Shown here: positions 9,835 to 17,642 of the stretch, piece by piece
Position numbering within the stretch: the first letter of the stretch is position 1
Layout of the letters: each line of letters opens with the position of its first letter
NCBI GenBank assembly: GCA_043744495.1
Contig: JAYTUN010000139.1
Span: 1-58,329, forward strand
Direction of reading: 5' to 3'
Length of the DNA: 58,329 nucleotides
Source: Ignavibacteria bacterium
GTDB lineage: Bacteria; Bacteroidota; Ignavibacteria; Tepidaquicellales; OLB5
The notes under the pieces: model-generated
Told to the model about the DNA's origin: nothing
The model's input: the letters and a program-made list of their open reading frames with translations, nothing else
Databases searched by the model: none
Translations under genes and position numbers: made by a program

Positions 9835-9886
9835 TTTATTAGGGAAGCTATAAACAAAAATTGAATGGTTATCCGCTTTCGCGGGT

Positions 9887-10900
9887 ATGAAAAACATGAT
9901 GGAAAAAGTTTTAGTAATTGGCGGGGCGGGGTATCTTGGAGCAGTGTTAACAGATAAGCTGCTTGCTGAAGGTTACCCGGTAAGAATACTTGACAGCTTT
10001 ATTTACGGAAGGAAGTCAGTGGAACATTATGCCGGAGATAAACGTGTTGAAATAATAGAAGGCGATATAAGGAATATTGAAACCGTAAACATTGCTATAC
10101 GTGATGCAGGAAGCGTTATTCTGCTTGCCGCTGTTGTTGGAGATCCCGCAAGCAAAGCAAGACCCGAGCAGACAGTTGAAACAAACTTTCTAGCGGCGCA
10201 GGTTGTGGCATCATCTGCCAAGCTGGCTGGTGTGAATAAATTCATATATGCATCAACATGCAGCGTGTATGGCGTGGGTGCTGATATACTAGATGAAGAG
10301 GCGCCGCTGAATCCCGTGAGCCTGTATGCGAAGACAAAGATATCAAGCGAAGAAAGTATAATGGGCATAGCCGATAATAATTTTAAGCCTGTGATAATGA
10401 GGATGTCAACACTATATGGATGGTCTCCAAGAATGAGGTTTGACCTTGTTGTAAATACAATGACAATGACAGCATTCACCGAAGGCAGGATAAATGTATT
10501 TGGCGGTAATCAGTGGCGTCCGCTGCTCTCGCTGCCTGATGCGGCAGATGCATATCTTAGAGTACTTGAATCAGACCAGGCAGCAGGAAGAATTTACAAT
10601 GTTGGCTCCGAAGAGCAGAACTATGTAATTGCAGATGTTGCTATGCAGGTTGCCTCTGGTATCAAACAGGTAAGCGGAAAGGAAATTCCGGTTAAGATAG
10701 AAGGCGAGAGCATTGACGCCAGGGATTACAGGGTATCTTTTAAGAAAATACAAAGCGAGCTTGGCTTTACGGTTAAACATTCAATAAGCAATGCTGCAGC
10801 GGAAATATGGGAAAAGCTTGTATCAAAGGAAATTAAAGACCCGAAGCAGAAGGTTTATTATAATCATTATTTTGATTCGAGTGAAGAGCTGATTGGGTAA
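9887..10900 (+). CDS. NAD-dependent sugar epimerase/dehydratase (extended SDR)
   Basis: IGGAGYLGAV Rossmann motif and YAKTK catalytic YxxxK. Confidence 0.8.
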   Translation: MKNMMEKVLVIGGAGYLGAVLTDKLLAEGYPVRILDSFIYGRKSVEHYAGDKRVEIIEGDIRNIETVNIAIRDAGSVILLAAVVGDPASKARPEQTVETNFLAAQVVASSAKLAGVNKFIYASTCSVYGVGADILDEEAPLNPVSLYAKTKISSEESIMGIADNNFKPVIMRMSTLYGWSPRMRFDLVVNTMTMTAFTEGRINVFGGNQWRPLLSLPDAADAYLRVLESDQAAGRIYNVGSEEQNYVIADVAMQVASGIKQVSGKEIPVKIEGESIDARDYRVSFKKIQSELGFTVKHSISNAAAEIWEKLVSKEIKDPKQKVYYNHYFDSSEELIG

Positions 10901-10960
10901 TTTAACAAACTTTATGTAAAAAGGAGGAATTATGGCATTCACACAAGCATTATTTTATCC

Positions 10961-12019
10961 TTGGCTTGGATTGATATTAAGGAAAGTGTTTGGCTGAAAA
11001 ATGCTTTACTTTATTGGGACAAAATCCACACCATAGTACCAGAATCAATTCGAAAGCCTTATAATAACCGAGTTACTGAGGAGTTTTTCGACGCTAATTG
11101 CATTATACCATATAAAGTTAATTCACAAATGGGGATTATTAAAGAAAGTGGATTGGAGTTTTTGAAATATTTTAAAAGTCCCGAAGGGATTAAAATACTT
11201 ACTACGGCTTATTCGGATAACAAAAATGCAATTTACAAAGATAAAATGTCAGAGGAAATATTTGATTATCACATTTATAACGATAAAATGTCTCATTTTT
11301 TAATAAGAGAACTGCAAAGAAATTTTACTAGAGAAAGAGATAAAATATTAATGGACAAAAATATTGCTAATATTTATATGCCCATTTTAGCGACAAAGCT
11401 AGCCGAGAGTAATGGCGTTTCGTTGTTAACTAATGAAATAGATTTCAATAAGTTTACAAATAGTTTTAGGTTAAAATATAATACTAATTATTCAAGAAGA
11501 ACCAATGCTTCAGATCAAGAATCTATGGTATGGAATGAAGGAATAATGTCTGAAATTATATTAAAGAGAATATATATTAATCCTGAAACAAGTGTAAAAA
11601 AGATAGTTGATTTTAGAAACAAACACAAGGACGAATTAGGTAGATTTAGAACCGAGGTATCCCGTTTATGCGATGTTCTTGATTTTAAAAGAGAGCCAGG
11701 TAATATTACGCAACAAATAAATGATATTGTAATAAATGAAATTAAACCATCAATTAATGATTTACAAAATGCTCTTTCCGCATTCCGAATTAAACATATT
11801 ATAGGTGGAGTAATGCAGATTTCATTTGCTAGTATATCTAAAACATCTATACCAGCTTTAGCGCTAGGACCAGTATTTGGACCGATTGCTTTATTCGCAG
11901 CTATTGGTGCATCAATAGTTTGTCAAGGAATCTTATATAACAAGAAAAGAAAAAAAATTATTAGCGAAAACCCCTATTCGTATCTTTTGTCGGTAAATCA
12001 GAAAATTGGCTATGTTTAA
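10961..12019 (+). CDS. DUF6236-like protein with C-terminal TM segment; its 5' end appears frameshifted
   Basis: 352-aa ORF, visibly lower in GC than its neighbours. WIDIKESVWLKNALLYWDKIHTIVP resembles DUF6236 N-termini as I recall them. C-terminal hydrophobic IPALALGPVFGPIALFAAIGASIV. A strong SD plus ATG at 10921-10934 lies in another frame. Confidence 0.5.
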   Translation: MAWIDIKESVWLKNALLYWDKIHTIVPESIRKPYNNRVTEEFFDANCIIPYKVNSQMGIIKESGLEFLKYFKSPEGIKILTTAYSDNKNAIYKDKMSEEIFDYHIYNDKMSHFLIRELQRNFTRERDKILMDKNIANIYMPILATKLAESNGVSLLTNEIDFNKFTNSFRLKYNTNYSRRTNASDQESMVWNEGIMSEIILKRIYINPETSVKKIVDFRNKHKDELGRFRTEVSRLCDVLDFKREPGNITQQINDIVINEIKPSINDLQNALSAFRIKHIIGGVMQISFASISKTSIPALALGPVFGPIALFAAIGASIVCQGILYNKKRKKIISENPYSYLLSVNQKIGYV

Positions 12020-12070
12020 ATTTCAGAATACTAATATAGAATGAATTTTTCAATAGGGTTTGATAAATAG

Positions 12071-12111
12071 CCCTCACCCCTTAACCCCCTCTCCCCAAGG
12101 GAGAGGGGAGC
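12071..12111. repeat. GC-rich hairpin repeat (family B), intergenic copy
   Basis: ccctcaccccttaaccccctctccccaagggagaggggag. Related copies at 36726, 42759 and 46724. Confidence 0.7.
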
Positions 12112-12164
12112 AATGTGTGAAAGATTATTATAACAGATAAGTAACGCGGAAATAAAATAAATAT

Positions 12165-13133
12165 ATGAATTTTTCAATTGGGTTTGATATAAGAGATTTA
12201 CCTAAGGTGCATGAAGCATTTGATAAGATAGTCGCTTCCAATAAATGGACTGAAGGCTATTATACGGAGCTGTTCGAGAACAAATGGGCAGAGATGAACA
12301 ATCTTGGCTCAGTTGCATTTTCAAGCTGGTCAGGTGCTGCGCTTGCAGCGCTGGATTTCTATGATTTAAAGGGGAAGACGGTACTGTGTCCATCGAATAC
12401 ATTTATGGCAACTCCTCTGGCAACATTGCAGGCAGGGGCAGAAGTGCAGTTTGTTGATTGTAACAGGTTTGACCTTTGCATGAGCTTTGAAGATATGAAG
12501 GCAAAAGCAGAAAAATACAAGCCTGCTGCAATATGGGTCGTGCATATAGGCGGTCATTTGGCATTTGAACTTGAAAAAATTGCTGACTACTGCAGGCAGA
12601 ATAATATCATACTGCTTGAAGACTGCGCACATGCAGCGGGAGCTTCGTGGAACGGCAGGAATCCGGGTGAGTGGGGAGATGCGGGATTTTATTCATTCTA
12701 CGCCACAAAGACTATCACCACGGGTGAAGGCGGAATGCTTGTATCAAAACATAAGGATGTAATAGAGCATGCGAAAAAATTCCGCAATTACGGAAAGTTT
12801 GATTACAAAGTGCGCGGATTGAATTACAGGATAACGGAATTTCAAGCGGCAATTGGCGCAATTGAAACCGACAGGCTGAAGGATATTATTGATTTCAAAA
12901 ATGATTACGCAGGTAAGCTGGACTCTCTATACAGCAACCGTGTAAAACTGCCCGATGGGATGATATCGGGGTATTACAAGTATATTGTGTTTGACCCTAT
13001 AGAGAAATCAACAGGGAAAGTATATGATGAACAGTGTCACCGCATACTGAAGCATGATGTTGATCTGCCAAACAGCGACTGGGTTGCAGGGAACCATTGG
13101 TGCGTGCCGATATATTATGAGCCGAAAAACTAG
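12165..13133 (+). CDS. DegT/DnrJ/EryC1-family PLP-dependent sugar aminotransferase
   Basis: LCPSNTFMATP, LEDCAHA, and SFYATKTITTGEGGMLVS containing the PLP lysine context. Confidence 0.8.
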   Translation: MNFSIGFDIRDLPKVHEAFDKIVASNKWTEGYYTELFENKWAEMNNLGSVAFSSWSGAALAALDFYDLKGKTVLCPSNTFMATPLATLQAGAEVQFVDCNRFDLCMSFEDMKAKAEKYKPAAIWVVHIGGHLAFELEKIADYCRQNNIILLEDCAHAAGASWNGRNPGEWGDAGFYSFYATKTITTGEGGMLVSKHKDVIEHAKKFRNYGKFDYKVRGLNYRITEFQAAIGAIETDRLKDIIDFKNDYAGKLDSLYSNRVKLPDGMISGYYKYIVFDPIEKSTGKVYDEQCHRILKHDVDLPNSDWVAGNHWCVPIYYEPKN

Positions 13134-13164
13134 GGGAGAAATATATAAAATAGGGAATCCGGTA

Positions 13165-13186
13165 GCACAGACATTCTTGTCTGTGC
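13165..13186. repeat. Hairpin gcacagaca-ttct-tgtctgtgc (family C)
   Basis: Perfect 9-bp stem. A second copy lies 107 nt downstream. Confidence 0.7.
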
Positions 13187-13271
13187 ATCAATGATAAAAA
13201 GCCAAAGAATATTTCTGTTATTAAATAAACTTTTCATTACCGGATAGCCGAAACTCCCCGGGAAAAACAGC

Positions 13272-13295
13272 AACACAGACAGGAATGTCTGTGTT
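13272..13295. repeat. Hairpin aacacagaca-ggaa-tgtctgtgtt (family C)
   Basis: Perfect 10-bp stem sharing the core cacagaca/tgtctgtg with the 13165 copy. Confidence 0.7.
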
Positions 13296-13312
13296 ACTAA
13301 AAATAATCATAA

Positions 13313-14362
13313 ATGAGCTACAGCCAATATTACGATCATACTCCTTCGGAAATAGATATGACTGGGGAGTATCACAGGGGTGAGCCAAACAAAATACCTT
13401 ACGGGTTTTTGTTGCTCTACCTTATTTTATCTATGGCATTATGTTATTTGTATCATAAAAAAATTGTTGTACCGGTTGACTGGAACGCGCCGAACAGTCT
13501 GAATGCCGTCGCATCATTTGAAACTGCCAAGCCATACCAATTCCGACTGTTGATGCCTATTGTATTTGACTTCTTTAAGCCACTGTTTGTTATCTACGAA
13601 AAGTATTTATACAGCGCATACAATGTTGTAATTGTATTTTTAATACAGGTGGTTTACTATAAGCTGCTTTGCGGGTATTTCAAAAATAAAAGATACCTGC
13701 TGTGGATAGCTCCTGTAATACTGTATCCGATATTATGGAACTATATAATTTTAAACCAGTCTTTCCAGTATTACGATTTCACTGCCATACTTCTTTTCAC
13801 CGCGGGGCTTTATTATATCTTAAATGAAAAGATGGGATTATTTATTGTAATATTTATAATAGGTATTTTGAATAAAGAAACAGCAGGTTACCTTATATTT
13901 GCTTACCTGCTTTTTAATTACAAAAATATTTTCACAAAGAAAGTTATCCTAAACACTTTTTTGCTAGGTATTATCTTAATAGGATACAGGCTTCTGCTGA
14001 ATTATATATTCAGGAATAACCCAGGTGATACCTTTGAGGTTGGTTATTATGAAAACATCAGGATAGTAAAAGAATTATTCAGCAACAGGATACTGCTTAA
14101 GAATCTTGCGCTTAATTTCGGGGGGCTCTATATTTTTGTGATCTTATTATTTGTAACAGGCGCGTGGAAGAAGTATCCCGATAGAAGAAAAGTGTATATG
14201 AACCTGGCACTTGTGCCGTATTACATCTTTGGAATTTATGTAACCTACATAACCGAAGTTAGGGTTTATACGGAACTTATTCCTATGATAACTACATTAT
14301 TTTTAATATATTTAACTATTTGGATAAACCGTTTTGCAAAGCAAAACAACATTAACAAATAG
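13313..14362 (+). CDS. Polytopic membrane protein of unknown family (paralog of 15198..16244)
   Basis: 349 aa with about 9-10 hydrophobic segments. Motifs shared with the paralog: KPYQFRLLMP, NKETAGYLIFAYLLFNY, NFGGLYIFVILLF, EVRVYTELIP. Confidence 0.6.
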   Translation: MSYSQYYDHTPSEIDMTGEYHRGEPNKIPYGFLLLYLILSMALCYLYHKKIVVPVDWNAPNSLNAVASFETAKPYQFRLLMPIVFDFFKPLFVIYEKYLYSAYNVVIVFLIQVVYYKLLCGYFKNKRYLLWIAPVILYPILWNYIILNQSFQYYDFTAILLFTAGLYYILNEKMGLFIVIFIIGILNKETAGYLIFAYLLFNYKNIFTKKVILNTFLLGIILIGYRLLLNYIFRNNPGDTFEVGYYENIRIVKELFSNRILLKNLALNFGGLYIFVILLFVTGAWKKYPDRRKVYMNLALVPYYIFGIYVTYITEVRVYTELIPMITTLFLIYLTIWINRFAKQNNINK

Positions 14363-14424
14363 ATTTAAGTAATTTTGAGCGCTTAGGGTTAATTCCTATA
14401 GGTAAAACATCGAAAAAACAATAA

Positions 14425-15186
14425 TTGAGCATAAATAATAACTCAGGGGTTACTGAAAATATCAGCAAAGAAAACGATAAGGACAGCAAGCAAGTTAGTT
14501 TTGATGACTATGTTGAGACATATAAATCAAAGATAGATGATTCTATTGGCTTCATAGGGCAGGAGGTAGATTTTTTTATTGAGATAAAAGCTGAGCTTCT
14601 GCTAAGGCTTGCCCAAAAGAGTTTCGGTCAGCTTGTTAATATAAAGGCGCTTGATATCGGCTGCGGGGTTGGACTTGTTGACAAATTTCTGAAAGTAAGA
14701 ATAAAAAATTTATGCGGCGTTGATATTGAAGAAGGCGTTGTAGAAAAAGCGAAGTTAAACAATCCCGAAGTAAATTACATGATATATGACGGAGCGCGGC
14801 TGCCATTTGAAGATAACACGTTTGACCTTTGCTTTGCAATAAACGTTATGCATCATGTGCCGCCTGCAATGTGGGAAAATTTTGCAATTGAGATGCAAAG
14901 GGTATTGAAGGCGGGCGGTATAGCGGCAGTATTTGAGCATAACCCTTTTAATCCATTGACAAGAAAAGTAGTAAGAGATTGTGAGTTTGACAGGGATGCA
15001 GTTTTGCTGAACCACGGAAAAATAAAGAGTCTTTTTAAAACAGCAAACCTGAAAGTATTTGACGATGCCTATATAGTTTTTTTCCCATTCCAGGCAAAGT
15101 TATTCAGAAGCATAGAATCCGCTCTCGGCTGGCTGCCTTTGGGAGCGCAGCATTATGTAACAGGCAGGAAAGCGATAAAAATTTAA
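14425..15186 (+). CDS. Class I SAM-dependent methyltransferase
   Basis: Motif I ALDIGCGVGLV and post-motif DLCFAINVMHHV. TTG start. Confidence 0.8.
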   Translation: MSINNNSGVTENISKENDKDSKQVSFDDYVETYKSKIDDSIGFIGQEVDFFIEIKAELLLRLAQKSFGQLVNIKALDIGCGVGLVDKFLKVRIKNLCGVDIEEGVVEKAKLNNPEVNYMIYDGARLPFEDNTFDLCFAINVMHHVPPAMWENFAIEMQRVLKAGGIAAVFEHNPFNPLTRKVVRDCEFDRDAVLLNHGKIKSLFKTANLKVFDDAYIVFFPFQAKLFRSIESALGWLPLGAQHYVTGRKAIKI

Positions 15187-15197
15187 ATCAAACAATA

Positions 15198-16244
15198 TTG
15201 ATAAAATATCTTAATAAAAAATATCCAAATGACGACTACCCTTCCATACTGATACATTTATACTATTTAATGGTATCGTTTACGCTTTGCTATTTATATT
15301 ACCATAAGTTTATTTCAAGGGCTGATTTTTTTTCACCTGATTCAAGCGGTGCAATATATGCTGTGCTAAATGGCGAAGCAATAAAGCCGATACAGTTCCG
15401 AATTCTTATCCCATTAATTTTCGAAGCGGTGCAATCGGTTATTTTTTTTGTGAAAGTTATTCCGGATAAAGCGTTGTTTTTCCTTATAACCATAATGCTT
15501 TGTTATATGATACTGTTTTCATTCTATCTTCTGCTGGGACAGTATTTTAAAGGCAAGGCTATGAACTGCTGGCTTGCATCAATAATTATTTATCCAATGA
15601 TTTGGAATATTATAATTATGAACGGGCAGTTCTTTTATATGGATTTCAGCATTCTGCTAATAATTATTCTGGGGTTCTATTGTATTGTATCCGAAAAATA
15701 CAACTGGTTGATGGCTGTGTTTTTTCTTGGCGTGCTGAACCATCCTTCAGTGGGATACCTGGTAGTTGCCTTTCTTTTATACAATTACAATAAACTTTTC
15801 AAAGTTAAAACAATAATATATGCAGCAGTTATGAGTGCAATGTTTATTGGCATTTACAAACTTATGGATGCATATTTCATAAGCACAGGGGGATATTTTG
15901 TAATATATAACCTGCCGAGGAATTTAAGCCTGTTTCAAATCCTTCCAGACCATATTATTATAAGGAATGTTCTATTTAATTTCGGTGGATTGCATTTATT
16001 TATAATTATATTTTTGCTTTCAGGAACATGGAAAAGATTTAGAGGTCCTCTCTTATATGTAAATTTGGTTATAATTCCGTATGTAATATCAGTTCTTATA
16101 AGTTTCAGCATAGAAGAGATGCGTAATTATGTAACAATTATCCCTTTCGTTCTAATTCTGTCACTGCTTTTTTTAAGCTCATTTGACAATTCGTTTTTAA
16201 AGCCGGCTAATAGGTTGTTTGATAGAAGTAAAAGCGAAACGTAA
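15198..16244 (+). CDS. Polytopic membrane protein of unknown family (paralog of 13313..14362)
   Basis: 348 aa. KPIQFRILIP, NHPSVGYLVVAFLLYNY, NFGGLHLFIIIFLL and EMRNYVTIIP are collinear with the paralog. Confidence 0.6.
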   Translation: MIKYLNKKYPNDDYPSILIHLYYLMVSFTLCYLYYHKFISRADFFSPDSSGAIYAVLNGEAIKPIQFRILIPLIFEAVQSVIFFVKVIPDKALFFLITIMLCYMILFSFYLLLGQYFKGKAMNCWLASIIIYPMIWNIIIMNGQFFYMDFSILLIIILGFYCIVSEKYNWLMAVFFLGVLNHPSVGYLVVAFLLYNYNKLFKVKTIIYAAVMSAMFIGIYKLMDAYFISTGGYFVIYNLPRNLSLFQILPDHIIIRNVLFNFGGLHLFIIIFLLSGTWKRFRGPLLYVNLVIIPYVISVLISFSIEEMRNYVTIIPFVLILSLLFLSSFDNSFLKPANRLFDRSKSET

Positions 16245-16317
16245 AACAGCAGACATAAAACAGCAAACGTAATACGCAAAACGAAGAAATCCTTGAAAAC
16301 AAAGTGAAATTTAGAAA
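16234..16317 (+). repeat. Period-7 array (gcgaaac gtaaaac agcagac ataaaac agcaaac gtaatac gcaaaac ...) spanning the stop codon
   Basis: C falls at every 7th position from 16240 to 16282. The TAA stop (16242-16244) lies in the second unit. Looser A-rich heptamers continue to about 16317. Confidence 0.75.
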
Positions 16318-16363
16318 CCTAATTTTTATGTATTTTACAGAAAGCAAAATATTTCAGGAATAA

Positions 16364-17455
16364 ATGAAGGTATTATATGTAAGCTCAAACGGCGGGATAC
16401 ATGATTACAGGTTTTTAAAGAAACTTGTGAATGATTACGAGGTATTGTTCCTCCATTATGCAGCCGGAGAAATAATATACGAAATAGATAAACTTGAAAA
16501 CCTCGAAATTATTTCCAAAAAGCCGGTGTTTAAATCGATGCCCCTTATCAGCGAAGGCAGACATTTTAAAAAAGTAGTTAATGAATTTAAACCCGATATT
16601 ATACATACAGGGTACGTATGGCAGGTTGGAATACTTGCAGCAAATTCGGGTTTCCATCCGCACTTGGCAATGCCGTGGGGTTCCGATATTCTCTTAGAGC
16701 CCGATAAAAGTTTTATCTTAAAAAAGCTTGTTGCTAAGGTGATGAAAACATGTGACCACGTACAATGCGATGCAGAGTTTGTGAAGAAAAAGATTATGGG
16801 TGATTATGGATTGCCAGATGAAAAGATCACGGTTTTTCCATGGGGAATTGATCTTGAGCAATTCAAAGTGAGCAATAGAGATGCAGCAAGAAAAGCACTC
16901 AAGCTGGATAGCGATAAATTCATTTTGATATTCAACAGGCATTTTGAACCTGTTTATGGCATAAACTTTCTTTTGGAAGCTTACCGGAAATTTTCTGAAG
17001 GTAAAGACGATGTGATGCTGCTGATGCTTTCAGATGGTTCCGGAAAGAACGATGTATTGAAATATATAACTGAAAAGGGACTTGAGGATAAGATCAGAAT
17101 AACGGGAAGAATACCAAATAAAGAACTGCCTGAATTGCTGAATGCAGCTGATGTATATATTTCACCTTCGCTAAGTGATGGGACATCGCTTTCGCTGCTT
17201 GAGGCAATGGCTTGCGGTCTTGGGCTTATCGTTACTGACGTTCCGGCAATTAAAGAATGGGTTTATAGCAGCAACGGACTAATGGTAGAGAAAGGAAATG
17301 CAGAGGAGTTAACACGCTCAATGGAGGAATATTATTGCAACAGAAATTTGATAGGGCTGCATGGGAAAAAGAGCATTGATATTGCAAAGGACCGTGCAGA
17401 CTGGGATAAGAATTATATGAAGCTTAAAGAGATATACGGGAAATTTGTGAAGTAA
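16364..17455 (+). CDS. GT4-family glycosyltransferase
   Basis: 363 aa. C-terminal PSLSDGTSLSLLEAMACGLGLIVTDV is typical of GT4. Confidence 0.8.
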   Translation: MKVLYVSSNGGIHDYRFLKKLVNDYEVLFLHYAAGEIIYEIDKLENLEIISKKPVFKSMPLISEGRHFKKVVNEFKPDIIHTGYVWQVGILAANSGFHPHLAMPWGSDILLEPDKSFILKKLVAKVMKTCDHVQCDAEFVKKKIMGDYGLPDEKITVFPWGIDLEQFKVSNRDAARKALKLDSDKFILIFNRHFEPVYGINFLLEAYRKFSEGKDDVMLLMLSDGSGKNDVLKYITEKGLEDKIRITGRIPNKELPELLNAADVYISPSLSDGTSLSLLEAMACGLGLIVTDVPAIKEWVYSSNGLMVEKGNAEELTRSMEEYYCNRNLIGLHGKKSIDIAKDRADWDKNYMKLKEIYGKFVK

Positions 17456-17602
17456 TTGACGAGGAAGAAACTTATATTTTTACACGGTTCGTTGGGAACA
17501 AAAGATCAGTTCAGGGCTCTTACTGAAAAATTAAGCAGCAATTATACTATTCATTCATTTATTTTTCAGGGTCATGGCGGCAATCCAATTTCGGCAGAAT
17601 GA
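17456..17602 (+). pseudogene. N-terminal fragment of an alpha/beta-hydrolase
   Basis: A 48-codon frame directly after the GT4 stop reads RKKLIFLHGSLGTKDQFRALTEKLSSNYTIHSFIFQGHGGNP, then stops. This is the start of an alpha/beta-hydrolase fold, without the nucleophile elbow. Confidence 0.4.
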
Positions 17603-17642
17603 ACCTGAATAGATTCTTCATTCGCTTCGCTTACTCAGAATG

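Noticed and set aside
10027-10479. 150-aa minus-strand ORF inside the SDR gene
   Set aside because: It is an antisense shadow of a gene with clear Rossmann and YxxxK motifs.
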